From Asterionella formosa (Eukaryota), in NCBI GenBank assembly GCA_002256025.1, contig NKIB01013045.1, positions 44,938 to 64,937 of the forward strand: a DNA stretch of 20,000 bases, read 5' to 3'. Position 1 is the first letter of the stretch. Each line of letters begins with the position of its first letter. The position numbers and the translations under genes are program-made. Under the pieces are notes generated by a model. The model was not told the origin of the DNA. It saw only the letters and a list, made by a program, of their open reading frames with translations, and searched no databases. Shown one piece after another: positions 1-10,187 of the stretch.

Positions 1-172
1 CTGTCATCAGCTCCAAAACGCTTCGTAGGAAAAGGCACCGTTCGTCTCCAGAGTTTCGTAACGCTTCCAATGCAGCATGGGCAACAGCATGTTGATTCTT
101 TGAATCGCCTCGAAAATCAGTAGGTGGAATAGATAAGAGTTGCTGGAGCTCTGATGTTGCCGAAGATTCCAT
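1..172 (-). CDS. 5' end of a protein-coding gene running off the window (MESSATSELQQLLSIPPTDFRGDSKNQHAVAHAALEALRNSGDERCLFLRSVLELMT...); helical, possibly a karyopherin/exportin-like N-terminus
   Basis: ATG at 172-170 is the first Met after an in-frame TAA and the frame stays open for 57 codons to the window edge. The amphipathic pattern 'AHAALEALRNS...LFLRSVLE' loosely resembles importin-beta-family N-terminal helices; the product call is weak. Confidence 0.6.
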   Translation of the reverse strand, partial: MESSATSELQQLLSIPPTDFRGDSKNQHAVAHAALEALRNSGDERCLFLRSVLELMT

Positions 173-1184
173 TCGTCGTTATGGCGTCAAGGCCAGTCGT
201 GACAGGACTTGTGATTGCACGATAGATTTAAATGCAGTTGGGCATCTGCCATTGAGGTATTAACTATTACAGCTGTAGAGGTGCAGTGATCGATACGCAT
301 GGTCCCACTCAACACCATTAGCAAAAATTCTGACTAACACGATCTCAGCCCCGCCCCGCTCCGCTTTAGGATAGCACAACAATAGCAAAGCGACTGTACA
401 CGTATGTTGTCTACATAAGCACGATAAAAGAAAGCAAAAAAGAAGGCGGTCGGTCAATCACAAAAAGAGTATGTACTCATTGTGTCAGAGTGTGTCTGTT
501 AGGCTGTTGATCTCGACAGGTGTCCGAAGACTAGATGTAGTCTGAGGAATGTCCAAACGGAAATAGACCACACCTGGTACATAGCAGAATAAAATTCTTG
601 CGCAAACGAGCTGCGCGAAAAAGATCTGACCAGTCATTCCAGGGCAGTACTAGCTAGTGGGTGCTTGAAAAGGCGCCAAGCTGCACCATAGGGCTATTGA
701 GCTGGAGAAAACAGTAGTAGGAGTCAAAATCGCCCCGGATAAATTTTGAATTATCGATGCAACTGCTATTGGACAGAGGGAGTACCTGTGTCAAGAATAT
801 TAGCCCAAGTCACAAGGATTGTGGACTCGATTGTAATCGAGCAAGTCGAATATTGCATTGCCACGTCAATCAGCTGTCTAACGAGATCAAAGATTGAAGA
901 TTTCTATGGAAATGTTAAGTGGAAACTCGAAGAGAGTCTTAGAACGACTTTGCAGGAAGCAAAGATGCATGGAAAGGAAACATTTAGTTAAGCTTATAAT
1001 TTAATTTGAGTTTTAGATTATCAACCGAGGAAACAGTGTGTTAATTGACAGGAAGGTCAATTAGTCTATCTAGCAGGAAGGCTAGAAGCAGAGACAAGAG
1101 AGAAAGTAAGTGGTACTACGATCACGTAAGAGTCTACGTGAAGAGAGACCCAGCCCGCGGGAAGGAGTACGGACCATTTCAACA

Positions 1185-1243
1185 TACCTGGTACCTGGTT
1201 CTAAACAACCGCTACTTTCCATACTAGAGCCAGTACCTGGTAC
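1185..1243. repeat. Short TACCTGG cluster
   Basis: tacctggtacctgg and agtacctggtac; another patch lies at about 1367-1384. Confidence 0.7.
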
Positions 1244-1867
1244 AGACCACTTTCACAAACCGTAGCTTCGTAAGGACAGCATGCATGTCATGAGCATTGT
1301 CTAAGCAAATCAGTATTACAGGACTGGCTGGGTAACAGCATTTAGGTATGACATTACAAAGCGGTAAGTACCAGTACCGGTATGTCATGAAACAACCCCG
1401 ATTTACTGATGATTTCGATTATAATACAAAAATTGTTTCTATTTTTCGTTTTTCACTTCATTAAGCCAAAAGAGTCATTTAAAATTTAGTTTGAAAAATA
1501 TTCTATCATTGATAGAAATTTTTATTGCTTTGGTACATATTTAGTCAAAAAAAGTAATCATGAATTCCTGAATTTTCCGATGCAAAAAGTGTAGCGGACA
1601 GAAAACATTGCCATGTCCATTATCCCAACTCCTTGTCCAAACCCTGCTGTGTGAGACGAGAGCTCAGTTTGCTGGTGGTTATCATACTGCATCATCCTCC
1701 CCTTTGTAAAATATGCGTGGAGCCTTCAATGCAAGACAAATTGCTTCCCCCTGCATGTGTGTTTCTGGTTGGGCTTGTGGGTTTGTGTCGAAAACAGAGC
1801 TATTACGCTCAGAATCGTCCGGTTCCCCCAAGGGAGACCTCATGTTGTTGGCTGCCCCTGGCTTGCT

Positions 1868-2179
1868 TCACCAGGTAGGGAAAATATTGGGGAATGGGGG
1901 ATAGAGCGACGTCGTTTCTGTCTGTGGGGCAATTTCCATTAGGGTCAAAGGTGTTGGTTTCGGTATTTCTCTGTGGGCCTGAAGCTGTCGGGGGTGTAAT
2001 TGATGAAGCATATCAATCATCAAATGTAAGTTTCCTTTAATGTCCTCGTTATCCTGCTTCAATGTCGAGACTGTCGAAGCAAGTTCGTTTTGTGAGGCCC
2101 AAAATTCATGTAAGTTGTCTTGCATGTGAAGTAAATCTTGATGTAATGAGGAAATTTCGGTGTGAACTGCACTATTCAC
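1868..2179 (-). pseudogene. Possible degraded coding fragment (coiled coil followed by a Pro-rich tail), perhaps a retroelement ORF1 relic
   Basis: Heptad-like 'ISSLHQDLLHMQDNL...QNELASTVSTLKQDNEDIKGNLHLMIDML'. There is no ATG start and no diagnostic motif. Confidence 0.25.
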
Positions 2180-2647
2180 TTGTCTGCCACCTTCTACCTG
2201 CTGCCAATCCAGTGACGAAAATTCTTGTATTTATCATTGACAGGCGCAGAATGTGAGGTATTTATTAGTGAGATTGGTGTTGATCTTGATCAAGGTGGTG
2301 GTAGTGGCGTTGTATGTGAGTTATTACAAGTGGAGATGGCAGGTGGAGGACAACGACAACTGGTTGATCAGCAGAGGAACAACTCACTTGGTGGGTTTTT
2401 TCACAGGATAAAAAGGAAACAAAACAAGAAATGAAGTTATGCAGTTGCGAATAGTGCTACTATGGACAACGATGAATATGGGGATGACAAAGACAAATAC
2501 AAGCAAGTGTCAACTGTCTTACAAGAATCATGCCATGGCACAGTTTTAGAGTTGTTGGTTCAAATGTTGTTCCCCTATAACTGCATCAACATTTGTTGTG
2601 GTCAACAATGCATCTTAGTCCCCAAGTCAAAATAAGCTGCTATTGAT

Positions 2648-3080
2648 GATGACGTTTCGGCACTTAATAATTCTGATTCCGATATTTTGGCGACCGTGAA
2701 AAAGGCCAATTTTGTCGAGTTTTTGGACGACGATAACTAAACGTTGGCTGGGTCTTACGGGGATTTAGATACATAGTAGGTAACTTTCAAATAGCATCAT
2801 TATATAACTTCTGGCAAGAAACTGCAGAAAAGAACTTCGCTTTTTTAAATATGCCAAATTAACAGATTTCCCCCTAATTTTCGAGTCTTTTTAGCATAGT
2901 TTAAAAACCGAAGTTCCTTTCTGCAGTTTCTGACCAGATCATATATACTGACGATATGTTGAGTGAACCTAAACCCCTACTTTCTCCGAAGACTGTATTT
3001 AAGCAAATGGAAAGGGTGTCTATTGGTGAAAGCTCCGTTGTGCGTTATACAAATTTAATTTATATGTGAAAAGTACGTGT
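2648..3080. mobile_element. Dispersed repeat copy A with a central ~78-bp imperfect inverted repeat (2777..2854 / 2894..2971); probably part of a non-autonomous DNA transposon
   Basis: About 80% identity to copy B in both outer arms (2669-2734 vs 18112-18177; 2991-3034 vs 18426-18469). Stem core GAAACTGCAGAAAAGAACTTCG pairs with CGAAGTTCCTTTCTGCAGTTTC with one mismatch. The transposon label is inference. Confidence 0.65.
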
Positions 3081-3170
3081 TTGATTAGTCTGGCTCAATA
3101 TTATTTTATTAACCCTACCTCGAACTACGGGTTCAAATCCAGCAACCTCAAAATTTCCGCAACTTGCAAG

Positions 3171-3660
3171 ACCAGTACCTGCTACAGGTACCAGCTCTGG
3201 TACCAGGTTATGGTGCCTGGTGCCTGGTGCCTGGTGCCTGGTGCCTGGTGCCTGGTGCCTGGTGCCTGGTGCCTGGTATCTGGTATCTGGTATCTGGTAC
3301 CTGGTACATAAATCCACAACAATACAATATGCCGTACAACGTAGACTTATTACCGTACCCGGTCTGTATGTTACTGTTTACAGGCAGTCTACGGTTATCT
3401 GCTCCAGGTACCCGGTACTTCGGTATTGGTTGAGTACTAGTGCATCTCGAAAGTTCATGACATTTACCGGTGCCCGGTAACTTACCAGGTAGCATACTAC
3501 CTGGTAGTCAACTGGCATATCTCATACTTAGAAATACCTTGATTTTCCATACATAAATATGTATATTGGGGTACCGGTATGCAGTCTCATCAGCGGGCAG
3601 AGGGGGAGCAACTTGTTATAAGCAAGCGCGAGGGAGACCGCTACCAGTTACCCCTGGTAC
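3171..3660. repeat. Degenerate GGTACC/TACCAGGTA/TACCGGTA-rich tract upstream of the + strand gene
   Basis: Many scattered words such as ccagtacc, ggtaccagg, ggtacccggtac, ttaccaggtag and ggtaccggta. Confidence 0.8.
3211..3308. repeat. 7-bp tandem repeat, 14 units: (TGGTGCC)9 (TGGTATC)3 TGGTACC TGGTACA
   Basis: Read directly from the sequence. It generates the spurious repetitive ORFs at 3060-3495. Confidence 0.97.
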
Positions 3661-3860
3661 CAAACCACAAGCAAACAAGCAACAAGGAAATCAAGCAATT
3701 TTTCGGTATTAATTATCCTGTTGACTTCTACGCACCTGGTCAGACAGGAAAAAGTTTGGATTCGCCATGCAGCGGCAGGTTTGTCGTCTATTTCACTCTC
3801 TTGACCTATTATTATTCCACCAAATACACCACATACTCGACTCTATACATAATTTAGACT

Positions 3861-6800
3861 ATGGTGGCAGAGCCAGAGTTAGTGATGAAGTCTGAGATGA
3901 AAAATACGGTGCCAAGTCAAACAGTTGTCGACACTACGCAAGTCCCACGTGTTAAACAGGAAGGCGAGGACGTGACACACGGAGGCAAGCTCCAAAATTC
4001 TTCAACGGCTATTCATTCCAGACCGAATACATCACCTAATCCAAAAATCAAAATTGATGCAGCTATCGGATTGTCTCAGGGCGAAAATGCACTTCCACAA
4101 CTAGAAATGAAGGCGAGGGTGTCACAAAGTTCGGTTCCTGCTTCCGGTCTTTCTGTCACCGATGGCAAGTCATTAAGCGTCAACGCTATCCCACCTCATG
4201 GAAACACCTCATCTTTGACAGAGAATTCGCTACAAAGAGCCATCGGACCCCTCCAACATTTTGGTCACTCCCAGAAAGCACACGGGTGGCCGTCGTCACA
4301 GACCCACGGAAATGGGAATGGTTCACACCAGACGCAGTCTTGCGCTCCTATGACTGCCAAGGCCCCGTTAAACTCAGTCCCTAATGTACAGCCACCATTA
4401 TCAAAGGATGACACATTGCTCGATACTATCAAGACGAGCTCTGAAGGCGATTGTGTCACCCGATTGCCTTCTGGCACTCAACAATATCAATCTACCACTC
4501 CGACTCAGCTGAAAAATACAGTTAAAGCGACTTCAATGCCCCCTCCCCCACCGAAATTAATATCATCGATTGAAATGCAAGATATCGATCCAACGACTGT
4601 AGTTGATGATGTTGTGCACAAACTCCGCGCTCCGCTTATCAACAAATACGGGTCATTTATTCATCCAACCGATACTTCGTTGTCTGACGCTAGAAAGCGG
4701 CTGCAATCAGCCCTTGAACAAACAAGGATCTTGCGTTCAGCCTTCACTAATCGATTGTATGAGAAGTATAGAGTGCTTCTTCGTCCTGTTCCCAAATCGA
4801 TTAATGAGATTATCGGTACAATCAATGCGGACCCCGTGGCAGCCAACGCAACACTCACGGAAGCTACTCGAATACTCAAGGAAGAAAAAGAAATAGAGAA
4901 AAAGGAAGCTCAATCGGCTGCATCCGCAGCTTTGAGCTCCGGAGATAGTGCTGCCAATTCCGCTGCTTTGATGGCTAGTTCGCTTGAGACTGCTGAACAA
5001 CTTGCGTACATTGGTGCTGGTCTCAACCTCGTCATACTTCCCGAAGATGATATTGATGAGCATGATATGGTACTGCAATCCTTTGAGCATCGCGGTCCTA
5101 CCAATCCCGAAACTGGACAGCGAGTTGGAGGTATCAGTGCTGCTGCTGCCACGGCTGCGGAGGTACTGCTAGATCGAGTTCGACGTGCCCGAGCTCTGCG
5201 AGTCGACCGACAGAAACAACGAGTTACTCAGGGCGCGCCGGACGAAGCAACTGTAGGGTTCGGAATCGAGCTTTCGGTGACGAATCCAGTTTTATCAATG
5301 CTTAATCTCGTATCAAATAATACGGCGGACTCGCAGACCGTCGTGGTGGAACAAAGGGCACCTTTACCTGTCGCTCCGAAGGCGCCAAAAAAAATCGCTA
5401 TCATGAAGACAAGCTCGTCGTCCCATTTGTCGACAGTATTAGGAAAGAGTGGCCGATCACGGGTGCAGATGCCCACGTCCAGTATCAATTTGCTGAGTCT
5501 TAATCCGAGCGCAGAGGAGCTGCCTTACGACGACGTAAAGTTGGCATCAACAAAAGCGCTTGTTGCTCAAGGAGTTGGTACCATATTTCAACCCAAATCT
5601 TTTCAAAATCGGTATCGTCACCCTCACCCCGATTCCCTTGGTGGGCGAAGTTCTGCAATGCAATCCAGCGGAAGAGTCACAACATCACATGGCCCCAATC
5701 CTGTTGGGATTGAATTTTTAGATCTCCCAATGATATCAGTTGGAAAGGAACGCAGATTTAAAAAGGCTGTCAAAGTCTCTGATCGGAGGGTCGTATCGAA
5801 TGAGCGCGTCGTGACGTGCCTTGATTCAATACTTGCACAATTTGCGATAGCAGGGGAAATAGGCTCGAGAGTGAACACGCAAAGTGAGCCGGAATATGCA
5901 TATTCTCAAAATGAAGCAGAATCTATATCTCCAACTCCGATATGCGTCGAAAATAAATCAGAAAATCATTCTTGTAGTCAACGCCGAACCACAGAAATCG
6001 GCTTGCTTTGTGGAATGCATCACTCCGCAGAGGGATGCAACAAGCCGATGGAAGGGGATGGTACAGTTCTGGATCAACCCTTAGAGAACGCTTCAGGGAT
6101 TTCAGCTACTTCGTTAACTAAATTGGCAGTTGAGGCCATTGAAGCAGATCAACCTCTTGAGCCAATCCTTGCTTTCTCAGTGCTTCACGCATTAGGACTC
6201 GTTCGGGATACACATCACAGCCAACACTCGTTGTCAAATAACATGATGAATCGAATTGCATCTCCCTTCTCCTCGAATAAAAGGGATCAAAACACTAACG
6301 AGAAATGTTGGCCGGGTGGTAGCGCAAAGCTCAATTCCTTGTGCCAGCGCGTTTCAAAAAATAAGCGTCGATTTAGTGAATATTTCTTAGAAAGCTCCTT
6401 TAAGGTCGAAAAGGACGTTTCAGCCAAGAAGAAAAAAATTTCAGCACAAGTTCCCAAGCGTGAAGTAATCTTGACTGGAAATCCTGAGAATGACGTAACC
6501 TCACCTGGAGTAGAAGAATTGAATAACCCTTTCAAGTCCGAGACTGTTCCTGAAGGTATCGCATTTTCGCAGTCAGAGGAACATAGCTTGAAAGCAGAGT
6601 CAAGAGGATCAGGAGAAGTTATGTCTATTCGGGGCGGAGGAGGTGGAGAAGACCCTGATTTCTTGGACGATGAGAGGACGGGCAGCACAAGGTCTGGCAA
6701 GAAGCGACGAGTAGTTCAATCGGGGTTTTCAAAAGAGAAACGGACAGGACCCGACAATGAATCGCCACGTCGTAAGGAAACAGACGCTGAATTCAGATCC

Positions 6801-9800
6801 CGCCACCCAAATTATGAATCAAGCTCGTCACTGGTCCATAAAGTCTCATCTGCAAAACGTGAAACAAATGAAATTCTATCGCAGCCATCGGTTCAAGCTT
6901 CTCCCATGGTCAACTCAAATTGTTCTAGTTCGTCATTTTCTCCTCCTACGAGCAACTCTGCGATGATGGTGGCTGCGCGGCAACATCAAGCGGCATTGGC
7001 ACAACGAAGCGTAAATCAGGCTATTGCTGCTTCTCACGAGAGATTTCATCATTCGCCTGCATCGCTTCACTTACCAGGGTCATTGCATCATTCAAGTTTA
7101 AATAGAATGCCTGGTCATCCGGGTAATATGACGGATTTCTTTGGGGGACTTCATGCATCTGCCCAACGAGGTCCTTTCGGTAGTTTGACGGATTGGTCCC
7201 AATTAGACGCAGCGAATGCGACAGTTGGACTACTACCTTCTCACTCCTCCCTTGCCATGGGACTTCATCAACAGCATGCTGCCATGGTGAATCTCTCAGT
7301 GGATAGAGCTGCAAGAGCCATGCTTGTTCGAGAGCATCAAAATGCTGCTGTTGCTGCCGCCCAGCGACAAGCCGCTGCGAGGGCATCAGGTGTAGCAGGC
7401 TTGTCTGCGCAACATGCTGCAATCTTGATGGGACAACAAGGAGGTGCAGCACTTTTCCAATCGTCTGCTTCTAGGTTCCAACATATTGGAGGCCATCCTG
7501 GCTCCGCAATGCTCCCATCCCCTGCAGCAACTATGATGAGCCAAGGTGCTTCTATGGGCGCTCACCTTCAGGCAATGCAGCGCGCTGCAGGGTCAAGACC
7601 AGGATCGTCGTCGTCGGTCATCTCGGGTAGAACAAGCCGTCCATCCTCTGCAAAGGGCCGCTCAAAGATCAACAAGGAGGAAAAGTTACTGGATGAAACA
7701 GCTAATAGCAAGCTTATCGTCCCAAGTCACGGCGTTGATGACTGTTCGAATAAGAAGCGAAGCATAGCTGAGCGACCTCAATCAAGTTCATTGATTGATG
7801 GTATAGCTGAGCGACGCCACTCAAGTTCATCGATTGGTGGTATAGCTGAGCGACGCCACTCAAGTTCATCGATTGGTGGTATAGCTGAGAGACCGGGCTC
7901 AAGTTCATCGATTGGCGATGTAGCTGAGCGACCACAATCAAGTTCATCTATCGGTTGTAATAGTAGAAGTGGAACAAGCGGTCAAAGCAAACCGTTGGTG
8001 AAACAATATGCTGACAGTCAAGGGGAGATCAAAAATTCCTATCAATCACTTGATGTTGTTCAAGAAATGAAGAGCCCAAAACTGTCTCCGCAGACTTCAG
8101 TGCCCCTGCAAGTATTAAGGCACACGAAAAGTGTCGCTCACGACATATTGTCATTAACCAAAGGAGATGCACCGGAAGAAAGTGGCAAAGAAGTCGACAA
8201 AGTCATAAAAAATGATGTCACCCAACCACGTGACCTCGGAAAATCAGCTGCAGATTCACAGCAAAGTGTAGCTGTTTTGACAGCAGGGATGCAATTTTTC
8301 GCTCCGAACATTCCGGATTCACTTTCCTCGGAGATGGCGAACGAAGTCTTGGAAGCTCGTGTCCACGTTGCCGCCAAGAAGGTCACAGATTGTAATTCCC
8401 GTGCATTACTCGAATTCGTTCAATCTGTGGGTGCAGCAGTTCCCATACCGAAAGGTCTTGTAGGTCATCCTTTGAAAGAGAGGTTTGCGTCGCCTATTTT
8501 CAAGGCCTCCGGGACAAGCTCTCAAGCAATCCCTCGTGAGGTATGTTTCTTTGCATGTGGGCAAAATGGTTTTGCTTTCGTCTAACATGTCTAACAAAAA
8601 ACAGGTCGTTGCGGCAATTGTTTTGATTTGGCTTTGGGTTCAACACAAGGAGATCTTTCAGAGGGCTTTCGCAAAAAGTGGACGAATCGACGTTGACCCT
8701 GAATGCAAGTGGCTTATACAAGCTGCTGTCGATACCGCCACACGAGCATTGGCAGCTGAGTTTGTGCCTAAAACCAATTCTGTTGGAGATGGGAAGAGCA
8801 AAGGCATGTATGGGCTAGAGAGCGTTGCAAATACAGAGCTTCAGGTTGCATCAACCGTAAGCAAGGCTCTAATGACGGAAATGTGCATCGACGGAGAAAT
8901 TGTAAGCAGAAATCGCTACATCGTTAAAAACTCGAGAGATCTGGTCCATCACTCACCTCTGTATACCTGTTCACTATTTCACAGGATGTTGTACTCCCTG
9001 TTTTCGACGATCTTGTCGAACTGCTCGATGAAGCACGAATGTGCTCCTTGCGGTCAAAATGCAGCGAACGATCGCTGTTGGCGGCACTGATAGCTAGAAC
9101 AGCAACAATGTCAGAATCATTTTCTCACTCGTATGTTAGCTCAATGGTTCGAGCTGGTGAAGCTTTGGGTCATGGCGAGCTTTTTGAGTTAGTTCAAGAT
9201 GAAAAAACGCTCACATCAACAATGATTCCATACGACATTTTTTCGGATGAGCACGGTGCATGGGAGGATCCCTGCCGGCTTCCCTTCGGTTTTACGCCAG
9301 GTCTCGCAGGGGAAGACCTCATGAAAAGGGCTCATGCTCGAGCTATGATTCACAAGTCGTTGAGAAAAATGCAAGATAGAAACAATATCAGGGGTGGAAC
9401 AACAAATTCAGGCCCATATACAGAGAGCACACCGGCGCAATCACCGACAAGTGCAAACACAAGCACTGGTCCTGGTCGCGGCTTGCAAAGGATCCCAAGT
9501 GGTTCTTTGAAGAAACGATCTTCGTTCACCTTTTCCGGGGACGTAACACAACCTGGAAGTGGGTCCGCTCCAGCTAGAAGCATTGCACAGTATAACCCCA
9601 ATCATTTCTCCGCGCCTTTGTTTTGGGATAGCAATATTATCGAGAACACTCCATATGGGAAGCATGTTAAGGGACCTCGACCAAGTGTATTTTCGTTGAC
9701 CAAAAGCATGGTGGGAGGCAGAGGCGGGAAAGGCGACCGAGGATCTTCTTGTGCAGACGCCACCTTAAACCTACCAATGTCGACATCTGCGGAAAGTTAT

Positions 9801-10187
9801 TTTGAAACCGACGGCCCCATGCGAAGTACTGAAGAAGTAGAGTGGATAGAGGTCGCAGCAATATTTGAGACTGTGAACTTGGAGGGTACTCTGTCCGTGA
9901 AACGGTCGAAAAAAATGGGTCACCTTCGAACAAATACTGTCGGGCCTCAGAAAATCATAGCGCCGTTCTGTCGAAAACTTGAAAGTGCACTTACAGACAT
10001 TTATGAAGAAGAGTCTGACATCGATGAAGATTTGAGCGATGAAACTATCCTTCAGCGGCATCAACACATACTTGATGTGATGAAAGAGAAACTTGACAGG
10101 GTGATGGAAAATCGTCCGTTAACTGCACAGCAACGTGCCCGCAATCGAGCTGAGGCTCGAAGAAATACCAGCATAGATGGATTTTGA
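3861..10187 (+). CDS. Large (~2059 aa) probable nuclear protein, join(3861..8540,8605..8901,8985..10187); mostly low-complexity, with conserved-looking helical blocks and a C-terminal PEHE-like motif
   Basis: Three ORFs from the track (3861..8585, 8485..9090, 9039..10187) join in frame through two phase-0 GT-AG introns, giving ...IPRE|VVAAIVLIWLW... and ...DGEI|DVVLPVFDDLVELLDEARMCSLR.... Exons contribute 1560+99+400 aa. Basic NLS-like clusters (SAKKKK, GKKRR) and an Ala/Gln/His-rich region are present. Confidence 0.9.
7764..7955 (+). repeat. Coding tandem repeat, 5 x 39 bp (13 aa unit IAER(P/R)xSSS(S/L)I(G/D)G)
   Basis: Units start at 7764, 7803, 7842, 7881 and 7920; units 2 and 3 are identical (ATAGCTGAGCGACGCCACTCAAGTTCATCGATTGGTGGT). 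Confidence 0.95.
8541..8604 (+). other. Spliceosomal intron 1 of the + strand gene (64 bp, phase 0)
   Basis: Donor GAG|GTATGT, two CTAAC branch motifs (8582, 8591), acceptor ACAG|GTC. It contains the stop of ORF 3861..8585, and removal restores the frame. Confidence 0.88.
8902..8984 (+). other. Spliceosomal intron 2 of the + strand gene (83 bp, phase 0)
   Basis: Donor ATT|GTAAGC, CTCAC branch-like motif, pyrimidine-rich acceptor TTTCACAG|GAT. Removal joins exon 2 to the frame of ORF 9039..10187. Confidence 0.88.

Noticed and set aside
1502..1516. 15-bp match to the core of the Tn10 tetO1 operator (TCTATCATTGATAGA)
   Set aside because: There is no tet gene or vector context, and an AT-rich palindrome has few independent positions, so coincidence is likely.
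3091..3141. tRNA-like B-box GGTTCAAATCC with a weak upstream A-box-like word
   Set aside because: No cloverleaf stems could be formed and the A-box lacks the conserved GG.
3060..3495. Five overlapping ORFs with PGAWCLV / RHQAPGT repeats
   Set aside because: They are translations of the stop-free 7-bp tandem repeat and show no independent coding evidence.
7764..7955. CRISPR-like periodic repeat
   Set aside because: The units are contiguous with no unique spacers, they lie in frame inside an exon, and there are no cas genes.
4265..8386. Numerous short antisense and alternate-frame ORFs inside the large gene (likewise within 13892..16375)
   Set aside because: They are shadow ORFs of long coding exons with no independent signals.
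8485..9090. Separate 201-aa gene, and a separate 382-aa gene at 9039..10187
   Set aside because: They are better explained as exons 2 and 3 of the gene starting at 3861, joined by canonical introns.
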